Notes: generated by a model not told the origin, from the letters alone. A stretch of 63,968 nt of DNA, filler included, from Octopus bimaculoides (GCF_001194135.2; 8 parts of 7 records of this genome joined end to end with filler, not necessarily neighbours in it), one strand, 5' to 3'; counted from the whole stretch's first letter, positions 48,713 to 63,770 are shown. Numbers and translations are program-made.

Positions 48713-48812
48713 NNNNNNNNNNNNNNNNNNNNNNNNNNNNNNNNNNNNNNNNNNNNTTAATTAATTAANNNNNNNNNNNNNNNNNNNNNNNNNNNNNNNN
48801 NNNNNNNNNNNN

Positions 48813-48876
<64 letters not shown>

Positions 48877-49029
48877 ATATATGTATATTACACACGCATA
48901 TAACTATGTACAAATGAAATGCATGTTCAGTACCTTCCATGCAAACGTGTTCAGGGTGTATATAATTCACACTGATTGAATTCTAACTTGTGTGTGTACG
49001 TGTGCGTGTGCACTATAATTCCTCCCCTC

Positions 49030-50050
49030 CACACTACTGCTGCTGTTGCTACTACTACTTCTGCTACTACCACCACCACCACCACCTATGTTTTACTGTA
49101 TCTTTCATCTAAGTAGCTTTATTCTACCATTTCCTCCTTACCACCTCCACCACCACCACCACCACTCTCTCCTTGCCATTAGGTTTGTTTATATTGAGCA
49201 CTTTTACTGTTATTGTGGTGGTGGTGGTGGTGAGTATAAGGCGATGGTGGTGGTGGTGGTGTTGCTATTTCTTGTCATTATACAGCATTGGTGCTGATTG
49301 TTGATTGTGGTGGTGATGTTGGTGATGGAATGATGCTGCTCGTGGTGGCGGTGGTGGTGGCAGTGGGGTTCGTCTTAGAGATGGTAGCGGCAGTGTGGGA
49401 TAAGAAAGATGGTGCTCCTCATGATGATGATGATGTTGATGGGGTAGTGTTGGTGCTTAATTATTACGAAAATGGTGGTGGTGTGGGTGGTGGTAGTGGT
49501 AGAGCTTGTCATTGTGATGGTGCTTCTCATGACGACGATGACAACGATGATGACGATGGTGGTAGTGGTAGCAATGGTTGTGGTGATGGAGCTTCTCATT
49601 ATTATGGTGTCGGTGATAGTATCAGTGGTGTTTAGCAGTGGTGGTGGTGGTGGTGGTGGTGGTGGTGGTAGTATCAATGCTAGTGGCTCTCATTATGATG
49701 CTGATGGTTGACAATAGAGCTTGTTATTATGAGAGTAATGATGCTGATAACGATAACGATGATGATGATGATGATAATGTTGCTTGACTACAAATAGAGG
49801 AATACTGCTGCTGCTGCTGTTAATGCTTGATGTGGTAGTATTAGTAGCAATGGTAGTGATTATGGTGGTGGTGGTGGTGGTGGTGGTGATGTATTGTTGT
49901 TGTTGTAGTGGCGACGGTGGTGGTTGTTCAACTGGTGTACCGTGCTGTAGTAGTTGTGGTAACAGTCGTGTCATAGTAGTAGTGGTAGTTGAAGTGTTGT
50001 CACGGTGGTGGTGGTGGTGGTGGTGGTGGTGAGGCGTTGTGGTTGTAGCG
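49030..50050. repeat. Mosaic of degenerate trinucleotide repeats (CAC/GTG, GAT, GTA); similar tracts at 50660-50910 and 51690-52945
   Basis: Patchwork of short triplet runs; ORFs here are homopolymeric. Confidence 0.85.
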
Positions 50051-50124
50051 GTGGCAGTACAAGTGGTTATGAGAAGGGCGGAAGAGAAGTAAAGCCTAGA
50101 GTTTGTGGTAGTGGTACTGGTTAA

Positions 50125-50630
50125 CTGAAAATGTTGGTTTAGGCCATAGTTATGGTAGTAATTGTGTGTGATAATGTTGGTCTAGGTAGTAGTTGTGACA
50201 TTGCTTGTGTATGATAAATGTTGGTTTAGGAGGCAGTTGTCATAGTAGTTGTGTGATAAAGTTGGTTAAGGAGGTAGTTGTGATAGTACTGCTAGTGTAC
50301 GATAGTGTTTGGTTCAAGAGGTAGCTGTCAGAGTTGTGTGTGATAATGTTGATTTAGGAGATATTTGTAAAAGTATTGCTTGTGTGTGATAGTGTTGGTT
50401 TAGGAGATAGTTGTTGTCAGAGTTGTGTGTGATAATGTTGGTTTAGAAGCCAGTTATGGTAGCAGTTACATGTGATAGTGTTGGTTGTGTATGATAGTGT
50501 TGGTTAAGCATAATAGTGTTCGCTTGGAAGCTATGGCAGTAGTTGTTCGATAACATCGGTTTAGAAGCCAGTCGTGGTAGTGGTTGGATGTGATAGTGTT
50601 GGTTGTGTCTGATAGTATTGATTGTTTGAG
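50125..50630. repeat. Degenerate minisatellite, unit ~40-47 bp
   Basis: Recurring TTGTGTGTGATAATGTTGGTTTAGGAG(G/A)TAGTTGT, roughly 11-12 copies. Confidence 0.85.
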
Positions 50631-50705
50631 AGTTTCAGTAAAGTGTCGTTTGTAAGCATGGTGGTGGTGGCTGTGGTGGTAGTTTTATGTATTAATGATA
50701 TTACA

Positions 50706-50737
<32 letters not shown>

Positions 50738-50977
50738 CGTAGTAATAATGCAAGTAGTACAAGTAGTAGTTGTAGTGTCGATAATAACCATTGGTTGAGG
50801 ATGTAGTGTAGCATCCAGAGCCTCAGCTGTTTGTCATTTTCACTCAGAAGAGTAGAAATAGTAGTAGAAGCAGCAGCAGTAACAGCAGCAGTAGTAGTAG
50901 TAGTAGTCGTCGTCAGTTTACTTGTGACTGTGTCCTTTCTATTCTCATTCCACATTTCCTCTCTTTCCTCCTATCCT

Positions 50978-50978
50978 T

Positions 50979-51013
<35 letters not shown>

Positions 51014-51028
51014 TTCTCTCTATCTCTT

Positions 51029-51091
<63 letters not shown>

Positions 51092-51094
51092 TTT

Positions 51095-51132
<38 letters not shown>

Positions 51133-51551
51133 CCTNNNNNNNNNNNNNNNNNNNNNNNNNNNNNNNNNNNNNNNNNNNNNNNNNNNNNNNNNNNNNNNNN
51201 NNNNNNNNNNNNNNNNNNNNNNNNNNNNNNNNNNNNNNNNNNNNNNNNNNNNNNNNNNNNNNNNNNNNNNNNNNNNNNNNNNNNNNNNNNNNNNNNNNNN
51301 NNNNNNNNNNNNNNNNNNNNNNNNNNNNNNNNNNNNNNNNNNNNNNNNNNNNNNNNNNNNNNNNNNNNNNNNNNNNNNNNNNNNNNNNNNNNNNNNNNNN
51401 NNNNNNNNNNNNNNNNNNNNNNNNNNNNCCTCTGCTTCTATCTCCTTCTCTCTCTCTCTCTTCACTTCTCACTATTGTTGCCTTTCACCTCTCACCCTCC
51501 TCCCTCAATCTTCTCTCTCTCTCTATCTCTCTCTCTTTCTCTCTCTCTCTA

Positions 51552-51618
<67 letters not shown>

Positions 51619-51621
51619 TTT

Positions 51622-51659
<38 letters not shown>

Positions 51660-51660
51660 C
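50978..51660. repeat. (CT)n/(CTTT) polypyrimidine microsatellite across a gap
   Basis: Direct reading. Confidence 0.95.
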
Positions 51661-51758
51661 CTCCATTCCCTTCATTGGTGTCATCTGCTTCGCCACCACC
51701 ACTACCACCGGCACCATTAATTGTCATTACTTGTTCACTACTACTACTACTATTGCTG

Positions 51759-51816
<58 letters not shown>

Positions 51817-52914
51817 GATTACTACTACTAACAGCGTTAGTAACACTGTAGTCAATGCTGTCATCATCATCATCATCACCACCATCAGCAGCAGCAGCAT
51901 CAATGAAGCCAGGCCACCTACACCGTATCACCCTCCTCAATAAAACCATGACCATCACTACTTTTTTAATGACATTATATATATATAGTACTCTTACCAC
52001 AAACACTGCACCGCTAATAACACCCCATGCCATCATCATCATCACCATCATCATTGCTGACACCACCACACTACTTTTACTACAACCTTAACATCACATT
52101 GCCACTACCACCACCACCACCCACCATCCATTACTATTACTGTACCACTTTTACTACTGCTAAGGATACTAACACCTAACACCATCACTCACACTGCCAC
52201 CATCGCTAAATACCACACCATTGTTACCACCACTATTAACTAGCGCCCATACTGTCGTTACTACAGTCTCACTGCAATCTCTTTGGCACTACCACCACCA
52301 CCACCACCACCACTGTTGCTAGCACCCTTGCTTTCAGTCACTACCCCAATACAGTTTTGCTACTACTACCACCAACACCAACACCAACACCGCCACCACT
52401 ACTGCTACTGTTACCATACATCCACTACCACAACCCCAACAGTTTACTACTACTACTACTATTACTACTACCATACCACTAGCATAGTTCCACTGGACCA
52501 TACAAGTAACATGGTACCCCTCCCAGCAATCATTATTACTATGTCAATGCTAATACCATTCCACAACCATTCTACAAGCCATACCATGACCACCACCATG
52601 AGCAAATGATGAAACCACTAAGTGGTCAATCAACTGGCTAGAAATAACAGCCAAATCTTTCTTGAAGCCATAGAAATTCTAAATATTATGTTTTCCAAAA
52701 AGAAAAAAAACAAAACAAAAATGGAAAAGATAAGTGGGATGGTCACAGCTGGACTGGTTTCGATGCTAAGGTCTGCTGGATCGTAACTCACTTGGTGGTG
52801 GATTTACAACTGCAACACCAGCAGTGACACAGCCTTCAGCTTCACCACGACCACCACTAATCAGCACAGCCACTATCATCACCAAACAGTGTCACCGTCA
52901 CCACCACCACCACC

Positions 52915-52945
<31 letters not shown>

Positions 52946-53300
52946 NNNNNNNNNNNNNNNNNNNNNNNNNNNNNNNNNNNNNNNNNNNNTTAATTAATTA
53001 ANNNNNNNNNNNNNNNNNNNNNNNNNNNNNNNNNNNNNNNNNNNNCATCAGTCGTATTGAAGACAATCAATGTCGGAGAAAGAAATCCCTGAAATAAAAT
53101 CCGTTCAGCGAGGACTTGCAACCGTCTGATATTATTTTGCACAGAAAAAAATATGATAAAGATGTTATTGTTTTGTTACGGACGACTGATAAAGATAATA
53201 CATACATGCATAGATACATACATGTATACATACATACATGCATACTTACATAAATACATGCTTACATATGTGTACATGAATCCAATGGGATTCTACATAG

Positions 53301-53538
53301 TTTCTTATTTCTTTACTGCCCACAAGGGGATACACACAGAGGGGACAAACGAGGACAGACAAACGGATCAAGTCGATTATATCGACCCCAGTGCGTAACT
53401 GGTACTTATTTAATTGACCCCGAAAGAATGAAAGGCAAAGTCGACTTCAGCGGAATTCGAACTCAGAACGTAGCGGTAGACGAAATACAGGTAAGCATTT
53501 CGCCCGGCATGCTAACGTTTCTGCCAGCTCACCGCCTT
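53301..53538 (-). mobile_element. SINE family B, tail type 1, full length
   Basis: Reverse complement of 22609-22845. Confidence 0.9.
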
Positions 53539-54985
53539 ATTCTACATAGTTTCTGCGTACTAAATTTACTCAACGACATTGGTTAGGCCTGAGACTATTG
53601 CAGAAAGCACTTGCTCAAGGTGCTGTACAGTGGGACTGAACCCAAGACCACATAGTCACGATGCAAACTTCTTCAAAAAAACAGCCATATTTGCACCCAT
53701 CGATTATTATTTTTTTCTTTTAAAATAATTTCTGAAATAGCATAGAAATCTCTTTCACATCAGACCCGACCGTATTTAATTTTAATAGAAGAAGGACATT
53801 TTTGATAATGTAGTCTAGGATAAACCATGTCTGAAAAGAAGAAATGGTTACGGCTTGAATACCTTTGATCACAGGTCTGCTCGATCAAGGCTGACCTGGT
53901 GCTAAACAAACAACAGCGCCATCTAATAATAATACTAATCGTAATAATGGATCAGAATTGATTTGTTAGCAATTCTGATGCTCCTTTGAAAAATGTAAGG
54001 CGATACAAATTTGGTGAAGATTCGTTGTAATTAGTTCTCGAAAGATAGTAACAATCGATTATATAAAAAGATCAAAGACAATATCCAGCGAAATATAGGC
54101 AATATTTTAATTAACATTAAGAGTCATCAAATAAATGGGAAAAAATCAGGGTGTGGTAAATGGCTTGAAATGGGCCGTTGCGATGGTGAAGGGGATAACG
54201 ACAACAACAATAACAACAACATCAACGATATAAATCTTGAAACAAACAAATAAAACAATCATGAATATATAAAAAAAGTAGATTAATAAATAAATAAATA
54301 AAAAAGAAATCAAACATCCGAGAACATCTTTAAGATGCGAAAATAATGTGGAAATGAGGACGTCTCAGTTGTTCCATAAATAACTTAAAAGTTCTTCATG
54401 GAACCACCCATAAAACTAATTCACTTCTAATAAGCATTGACTTTTCTCAATAACGGCCTTAACAGCCACACAGGCAGCAACCTCTCTTCCGACTTCTATA
54501 GACAGTTATTCAAATTAATTATAGAATACAGAAGGAAGAGAAAGAAACGAAAAGAGAAAAACGAAAGAAAAAATTTTATTCTCTAAATATGAGTGATAAT
54601 TTTTCTTAATCTTAATTTTTTTTTTATATATTTTGCTGTTAACTTTTTAAATCTTTTCTTGCTCTTTTTGTATTATTATTATTATTATTATTATTATCAT
54701 TATTATTATTATTATTATTATTATTTTCGTTTTTTAAATGCAATTGCTCTGCAGAAATAATTTAAAGTTTCTCTTACACTCCCTGCACCCTTGAAGTCGT
54801 CGCTGCCGCCCAANNNNNNNNNNTTTAAATGCAATTGCTCTGCAGAAATAATTTAAAGTTTCTCTTACACTCCCTGCACCCTTGAAGTCGTCGCTGCCGC
54901 CCAAACAGCCTAAATAACTTTGAAGACATACTGAATAAGAGAGACGGAGAGAAAGATGCAGAAGAAAGAAAGTAGGAGGAGAGCA

Positions 54986-55025
<40 letters not shown>

Positions 55026-55821
55026 AGAATTAGATCGCCTCCTCGAAAATAAAAGCGAGAAAATAAAATAAAATGAAAGAAAACCAAACCGAAGTAATAA
55101 CATCTGCTTCACGAACCACTTCATTTTGACTGTCAAGATTCACTTGATTGACTTAATATTTGGTATCGACCAATTTGTCTTATTGCTTTCTTCAATTTTT
55201 CAATACAGCCATGATCAGCAATTCTCTCTCTCTCTCCCTCCCTTTCTCTCTCTCGATCTATATATGTATCCATCTCGTTATCTAACTACGTATGTGCGGG
55301 CGGGCGTGTATAAGAGCGTGTGCGTGTGTAAGTGTGGTATGTTTGTGAGTGTAAAGCTGCCATCTTAGAACAAGTTATAAAGATAAAGCTTAGATGTAAA
55401 TGCGTAGGGGCGCAAGAAATCGCACACACATACACTCAATCTCCTTCCTACACACGCACACACACACACACACACTTACATGCACACATGCAAACATACT
55501 ACATATATGTATGTGTTCGTGCATGAGAGAGAGAGAGAGAGAAGCAGTGGGTGCTGATCACTCAATCATTATCTCTTTATTCCTTTCAATCGCATGAATT
55601 TTTCATCAATTTCTTTTTCTTTTCCTCATTCTCTCATTAATCCTTCGTCTCTCTTCTCCGGCCATGACTCTCTCTCCTTCCCGCCTCTCTTTCCTTGAGT
55701 CTTTCTATATATCTATTTCCATCATCCGCCTTTCCATCTACTTGTCCATGTATGTCAATCAGTCTCTCCATCTCTCCTTATTTCCTTCACGTTTCCCATT
55801 CATCAAGGACTTCGTTCTACG

Positions 55822-55859
<38 letters not shown>

Positions 55860-56394
55860 GTTACACACAACTGTTTGATTCTTGCGCATGTCATTCATTT
55901 ATTTCTATATTTACTTATTTATTAATCTACTTTTGCAGGAATTAAGGCGATGAATGAATTAAGTAGCACGGCTTAATCTGGAAAGAAGGGGGAAATGAAA
56001 ACAAACCAAAAGAAAGTAAAAATAGATGGAAGCAGTTAAGTAGCAGGAGTAGCAGTAGAAATAGTAGCAAAGGAAAGCCTGTGACAAGAATAACATGTAT
56101 TATATAGAAAAGAACCCTGTCTTCGTAATACATCCAGCTTGTGTATCTGAAATAGAGAATAAGATCAGAAGTGACTAAGAATTGGTAGGTTAGAAATGGT
56201 TGTTATAGTCATGAATCAGGCTGAAGATCAAACGAATGTGAATGAAGTGTATGGTGATGTTTAGCAAGTGGTGAGCAGTATGTAATGGTACAGAGTGTAG
56301 TAAAGTGAAATAGTGATATGAAATGTTCGTTGTTGTGATGTTAGCAATAATGTGTAGAATACAGTAAAGCTTTTGATGTTATATTGGCGGCCAT

Positions 56395-56835
56395 GTTGGT
56401 GGCGAGATGGATGAATCGTTAGCGCGTCGGAGAAACAAATTTTTTTTAACAATATTTCTTCCGGTTCTTTACGTTCTGAGTTCAAATTCCGTCGAGGTCG
56501 ACTTTGCCATTTCATTCTTTTTAAGTACCAGGTGAACACTGGGGTTGATGTAATCGACTAGCACCCTTCCCCCAAATTTCGGGCCTTAGAAAAGATATTT
56601 CTGGTCGTGTTGGCGTCGACCTGGCTGAATCGTTAGCGCGTTGGAGTAGAAATTTTTCGACACCATTTCTTTCGGCTCTTTTCGATTTGAGTTCAAATTC
56701 CACCGAGGTCGACTTCGCCTGTTATCCTTTCGGGATCGAGAACATAAGTACCAGTCAAGTACTGGAGTCGATGTAAACGACTATGCCCTTCTTGCACCAA
56801 GGTTTCAGGCCTTATGCCTAAAGAAGAAAGGATTT
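56395..56835 (+). mobile_element. Two old tandem SINE family B copies (tail type 2)
   Basis: GAATCGTTAGCGCG...GAGTTCAAATTCC..CGAGGTCGACTT at ~56410 and again at ~56625. Confidence 0.8.
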
Positions 56836-57930
56836 TAAGCGAAATACTTATAGCAAGGTGTTAAATTATTGGAGCTCTTATATGCAAAAGTTTGTGTGCG
56901 TGTGTGTATGCAGTTGTTGAATATATATATATATATATATATANNNNNNNNNNNNNNNNNNNNNNNNNNNNNNNNNNNNNNNNNNNNNNNNNNNNNNNNN
57001 NNNNNNNNNNNNNNNNNNNNNNNNNNNNNNNNNNNNNNNNNNNNNNNNNNNNNNNNNNNNNNNNNNNNNNNNNNNNNNNNNNNNNNNNNNNNNNNNNNNN
57101 NNNNNNNNNNNNNNNNNNNNNNNNNNNNNNNNNNNNNNNNNNNNNNNNNNNNNNNNNNNNNNNNNNNNNNNNNNNNNNNNNNNNNNNNNNNNNNNNNNNN
57201 NNNNNNNNNNNNNNNNNNNNNNNNNNNNNNNNNNNNNNNNNNNNNNNNNNNNNNNNNNNNNNNNNNNNNNNNNNNNNNNNNNNNNNNNNNNNNNNNNNNN
57301 NNNNNNNNNNNNNNNNNNNNNNNNNNNNNNNNNNNNNNNNNNNNNNNNNNNNNNNNNNNNNNNNNNNNNNNNNNNNNNNNNNNNNNNNNNNNNNNNNNNN
57401 NNNNNNNNNNNNNNNNNNNNNNNNNNNNNNNNNNNNNNNNNNNNNNNNNNNNNNNNNNNNNNNNNNNNNNNNNNNNNNNNNNNNNNNNNNNNNNNNNNNN
57501 NNNNNNNNNNNNNNNNNNNNNNNNNNNNNNNNNNNNNNNNNNNNNNNNNNNNNNNNNNNNNNNNNNNNNNNNNNNNNNNNNNNNNNNNNNNNNNNNNNNN
57601 NNNNNNNNNNNNNNNNNNNNNNNNNNNNNNNNNNNNNNNNNNNNNNNNNNNNNNNNNNNNNNNNNNNNNNNNNNNNNNNNNNNNNNNNNNNNNNNNNNNN
57701 NNNNNNNNNNNNNNNNNNNNNNNNNNNATATGATTACGAAAGATGAAGGATAAAAACATGCTTAGGTAGTGTTGAGTCTAGTTGTGTACGAACTATAACT
57801 GATGCGGCTAACGGATATTTGGAAATATAAGTGAAAAATGTTTAAGAAACATTCTCTCAATATGAAGATAAGAAATTAAGTGATATACATTCCACATAAA
57901 GCATTTATCATAAGAAGTAAACTATAATAT

Positions 57931-57977
<47 letters not shown>

Positions 57978-59969
57978 ATGTGTGTCTGTCTGTGTGTCTG
58001 TCTGTCTGTGTGTGTCTGTGTGTATAAATATATATGTATATATATGTGTACATATATAAATAAATAAGCGTCCAGTGGGACAGCATAGCTATATTTAAAT
58101 TTATATATGATTTGATAGTTATGACTGGTATACAATGGAAATGAGGAAAATGAATTATGGTGTATATTAAAAAAATTGTTTTAAATAATTCCTAGAATAA
58201 GAAATACAAGTAGTTAGTATAATTTTATATAAGTTACTTGAAATTCAAATGACAAAAAAATATTTAGGGTTGTAAAGGAGTAATTATTATTCTTTTATTC
58301 TTTTATGTTTCAGTCCAATGACTGTGGCCATGCTGGAGCACCGCCATTCCGATCATCTTTCCACTCTCCAACTTTGTCGGAGCGGCTTTTGGTCAAGGAT
58401 GGAGTTCGATGTTACTGCCCTCTTTTGAGGAATATTAGGTTAATACAATGGGACAAAAAAGATTTATTATTAGTTAAAAAGCATTATATTCGTTTGTGTT
58501 AAATAAATCTAAGAGGAAGGACTAAAAGAAAGAAAAATAGTTGTTAATATTACAGAATCGAGAAAAAAAATACTTACTGTGGTTAAATATATTGGAAAAA
58601 AAAAAAACTAAACACAGTGGGTGATAAAAGAGTTTTTTTTTTTTTTTGAGATGTTGAATAAGGTAGCAATATAGGGGAGATAAGACTAAGATAAATTCGT
58701 AAGAATAATTTTTCGAAGAAATACACGTTTCTATATTTTAATGTTAACTATATTAGTTTTTAAAAATTACAATATGAATTGAGAATCTAGTTATGAATAT
58801 AAGAGGTAGAAAACGGTAGTGATATTTATAAATAATTTTCTATCTTCTATATCGTAGTGGTGAAAGTGGATGTAAGAAAAATTGTTTTTATTATTATGGA
58901 GTGATAGGTGCGAAAAAATAAGCATAATAAAGATACAAGAAGTAATTCAAATATATAAGTNNNNNNNNNNNNNNNNNNNNNNNNNNNNNNNNNNNNNNNN
59001 NNNNTTAATTAATTAANNNNNNNNNNNNNNNNNNNNNNNNNNNNNNNNNNNNNNNNNNNNATATATATGTCTTCTTAGATTGATGCGCACACGTGTACGC
59101 ATGTGCGTGTGTGTGTTTACATAATGAATGTGTGTAGCTGCGTGTGCATGTGCATATGTATTTGCATGTAGTACTTACATGTATGTGCTTGTCTGCACAT
59201 TTGTGTGTGTGTGTATGTGTGTATTTTATGTGAATATGTATGATTATTGATGTCCGTCTATCGCACAAATACATTAATGATCAAAGTTATTCCAGTCGTG
59301 ACCATCACGTCGTTTTCCTATGTGCCGGTAACCTGGGTTGACACCCTCCAATGTGTCCTTCACTAAGACGGTGGCTGAATCATTCATAGGAGATTTGGCT
59401 GCTATTTCTAACATTTTAAGCGGCTTCATAGACGCTGATCATCTCTGGACCGGGACTAAGTGTGTGTGTGTGTGTGTGTGTGTTTGTGTGTTTGTGTGTG
59501 TGTGTGTATGCTTATGTAATAAGCATGGCGGCGGAGGTGGTGGGGTTCATTAGAAGGTGGAAGGTGAATGGCTGAGGAGACAGTTGCCCAACATAACAAT
59601 ATTGACAAAAAGAATCATGCTAAAAAGCGAACAACCACAACAGCAACAGAAATAGCAGCGGCAGCAGGGCTTTCTGGACGGCATTGGCAGAAGATGACTG
59701 GAAACTTGCTAAACACCTATTGCAGTAACAACAACAAAAACAACAACTTGCGCGGTCATGGCTGTGTGGTTAAGAAGCCAGCTTCGAAACCTTAGTATTT
59801 CGGGTTCTATATCAGTACGCGGCACCTTAGACAAGATTTGTCTCCTAAAGCAACGGGCCAAGCTGAATTTAATAGACGGAAACTGTGCGGAACCTGTTTA
59901 TCTATCAAGTCTCTGACTATCTGTCGGCCTGTTTATCTGTCTGTCTATCTATCTATCTTTCTATCTATC

Positions 59970-60220
59970 TAGTGGTTACGGTGTTTGCCCTCCCGGTCGG
60001 GAGATCGTGCTTTTAATTCCTCGCCCGAGTGGTGCGTTGTGTTCTTGGGCAAGACACTTCACCTCACGTTGCTCTGCGATCGCTTCGACACCTGACGCGT
60101 GGCACACCGTGCACCTGTTCAGGCAACGTCGATTTGATGGAAGGAGTGAGCAAATATGCGGCACGAACATTTGATCGTTATAAGCAAACCATTTGTGCAA
60201 GTCGTTCGGCAAAAACTAAA
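59970..60220 (+). mobile_element. SINE family C-related element with a distinct tail
   Basis: AGTGGTTACGGTG...TGTGTTCTTGGGCAAGACACTTCACCTCACGTTGCTC. Confidence 0.65.
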
Positions 60221-60685
60221 CACACATACGTCGTCTTCTTTCAGTTTCCCTCTACCAAATCCACTCACAAGACTTTGGTCGACCCGAGGCTATAGTAGAT
60301 GACACTTGCCCAAGGTGCCACGCAGTGGGACTAAACTCGGAACCATTTTGGCTGGGAAGCAAGCTTCTTTATTTCATCAAGATTGGCCATAAAGGCCTCA
60401 TACAGAAAAAGAGAAGCCGCGGGCTGGGACATAGACATAATGTTATATGAATGAAAAAACGATGATTAATAAATAAATGGTGGGGGAGGGGGAATAAGCA
60501 GCGCCCCCCGACTGGTCTGATCCCCGGAAACGTGGTTCTCTTATATATGAGGCAACAAGCCTCTTACAACACCGTTCGTAATGTTNNNNNNNNNNNNNNN
60601 NNNNNNNNNNNNNNNNNNNNNNNNNNNNNTTAATTAATTAANNNNNNNNNNNNNNNNNNNNNNNNNNNNNNNNNNNNNNNNNNNN

Positions 60686-60717
<32 letters not shown>

Positions 60718-61107
60718 CATGTATGTATATGTTTGTGTGTATGTAGGCACCTGCGGGGTTGTGTAACCCGTAAATTTTCATAAGTATTATTCGAGTTTCA
60801 GTTAAACCCTCACTTCATTGGAAAACTGGGGTATCTGAAACACGGAGTGGCGGTCACTGAAATGTATGAAATGATTAGGTTCTCATACGTAGCTCACCAT
60901 AGCTATGGAATTCACTTTTACTCTTTGATCTCCGTGCAATTATAGTGGTATAAGATAAATGCACCATGCACAACCCAACTCGCACATACACACAAACACA
61001 CACACACACATATAAACACACACACATATACTGACGTGCACATATGCCTATATATATCTGCACATAAATACGTAAATTCATATATAGATCAGAATGTATT
61101 TATGTGC

Positions 61108-61149
<42 letters not shown>

Positions 61150-62384
61150 NNNNNNNNNNNNNNNNNNNNNNNNNNNNNNNNNNNNNNNNNNNNNNNNNNN
61201 NNNNNNNNNNNNNNNNNNNNNNNNNNNNNNNNNNNNNNNNNNNNNNNNNNNNNNNNNNNNNNNNNNNNNNNNNNNNNNNNNNNNNNNNNNNNNNNNNNNN
61301 NNNNNNNNNNNNNNNNNNNNNNNNNNNNNNNNNNNNNNNNNNNNNNNNNNNNNNNNNNNNNNNNNNNNNNNNNNNNNNNNNNNNNNNNNNNNNNNNNNNN
61401 NNNNNNNNNNNNNNNNNNNNNNNNNNNNNNNNNNNNNNNNNNNNNNNNNNNNNNNNNNNNNNNNNNNNNNNNNNNNNNNNNNNNNNNNNNNNNNNNNNNN
61501 NNNNNNNNNNNNNNNNNNNNNNNNNNNNNNNNNNNNNNNNNNNNNNNNNNNNNNNNNNNNNNNNNNNNNNNNNNNNNNNNNNNNNNNNNNNNNNNNNNNN
61601 NNNNNNNNNNNNNNNNNNNNNNNNNNNNNNNNNNNNNNNNNNNNNNNNNNNNNNNNNNNNNNNNNNNNNNNNNNNNNNNNNNNNNNNNNNNNNNNNNNNN
61701 NATATACACGTATGCATACAAGCGAGTATGTGTCGTTGCATACGTTACATATATACATTATCGAACTTGTTTACCATTTTTTTTCAGTTGTTTTGTTTTG
61801 CAGTAGATATTTATTTCTTATTCGCTATTTACTTCGTTTTCCGTTGTTTTCCTTTTGTGTTCCGGTTACTGTTGTTCGTCAGGTGAACAATATATTTTTA
61901 AAAAAAAGTCCAAAACAAAAACAAACAAAAAAGCAGAAATAAACATAACACATTTGCTAAACAAAAAAAGAACCAAGGCAAAAACAAAATAAAATACTAC
62001 TACCTCAATACAAAAAAAAAGTGAGATAAAAACGTATGAAATAATGAGAAAATAATGGCTGCCAACGATTAAATTTCTTTTATCTAAATATCACAATATA
62101 ATTTCCACAGCTTAAATAGATTTTTCCTGGGTGTGGGCGATGAGATCGTTCTTCTATTTATTATTATCAGAACCTACCTTTATTAACGGTTCCATTTCAT
62201 GTTTACCATTAGATCTCTGACGATGTTTTTGTTGTTGTTGTTGTTGTTGTTATGGTGGTTCAATGTCTTGTTTTTGTTGTTTTTGTTTTGCTTTTTAACA
62301 GTCTACATTCATTTAATAATCCATCTATCTACTAATCAATCTACTCACTTTCTCAGTGTCAATGTGTATGTGTGTACGGACAGG

Positions 62385-62446
<62 letters not shown>

Positions 62447-63509
62447 CGCACACACACACATATATATTCATACATACATATACATATATGCATATATATA
62501 TTTACATAGATGGATAGATACATACATACATACACATGCATACATGCATATAAATAAGTAGATATAGATATACACACTTATATATATACATACATATACA
62601 TGTATATGCTTTTATATGTATTATATGTATATGTATATGCACATATATATATATATATATATATATATNNNNNNNNNNNNNNNNNNNNNNNNNNNNNNNN
62701 NNNNNNNNNNNNTTAATTAATTAANNNNNNNNNNNNNNNNNNNNNNNNNNNNNNNNNNNNNNNNNNNNCAGCACCATCTACAACAGCAACACCTTAAACT
62801 ATTTATGCCTTAGGGTGTCCTCATTTGATCGGTTGTTGTAGACACAGTGATTATTAAATCCTGAATTAGACAAAATAAACGAAAACATAAATAAAAATTT
62901 TAAATGTTTAATAAAAAAAAAAAAAAAAGTCAAATTTGATGATTAACAAAAAAAATATTAATTTACAAAATGAAACAAAATATTCTACAACAATAAGCTT
63001 AACAGTAACAACAATCAACAATAAATGCAATACAAAACATTACAATAACAACAAACACAATGGTAGCAATATACAATAGCAACAACAATACCATGTTAAA
63101 CAAAGAGAGAAGTAGACAAGTTAATACATAAACAATTTGTGTATTATTTCTTTAAGTATTAATTAATGCAATGATTAATCTTTGATGGGTGGAGTTTACA
63201 TCTCAGTTGAATAACTGATTGATTGGATGACTGATGGAGGTATTGACTGATTGACTGATTAATTGGCTAATTTATTGAGTGATTGAGTAAGTGATTAAGT
63301 GATGAATAGAGTGAATTAAGTGATGAATTGAGACATAAATATAATGCAACAAACATCTTACACAGTACCCCAACTGAGAAATGCATGCATTACGCACAAA
63401 AGTATGGTATATGAATGAAATACATATCAGATACAAAAATACGGAACAGATGGGCACATGATCAAATATTTCATATAAGGAAATACAAAATGTGCCATGC
63501 CAAACCATT

Positions 63510-63728
63510 ACACTTTTACTCTTTTACTTGTTTCAGTCATTTGAATGCGGCCATGCTGGAGCACCACCTTTAGTCGAACAAATTGCCCCCAGGACTTATT
63601 CTTTGTAAGCCTGGTACTTATTCTATCAGCCCCTTTTTGCCAAACTGCTAAGTTACGGGGACATAAACACACCAACATCAGTTGTCAAATGATGGTGAGG
63701 GGACAAACACAGACACACAAACACACAC

Positions 63729-63770
<42 letters not shown>
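63510..63770 (-). mobile_element. SINE family A, 3' half
   Basis: Tail match to 153-400. Confidence 0.85.

Noticed and set aside
54733-54904. Exact 81-bp direct duplication
   Set aside because: Same 10-N overlap artefact.
153-60369. tRNA-like A/B boxes
   Set aside because: All belong to SINE heads; no complete cloverleaf tRNA gene was seen.
60495-60520. CTCF-like GGGGGCGCTG
   Set aside because: Three mismatches to the CCRSYAGRKGGCRS core once aligned.
23913-62724. TTAATTAATTAA inside N runs at 23913, 43524, 48757, 52990, 59005, 60630 and 62713
   Set aside because: An identical 12-mer with stops in all six frames, always centred in N runs: an artificial scaffolding spacer, not biology.
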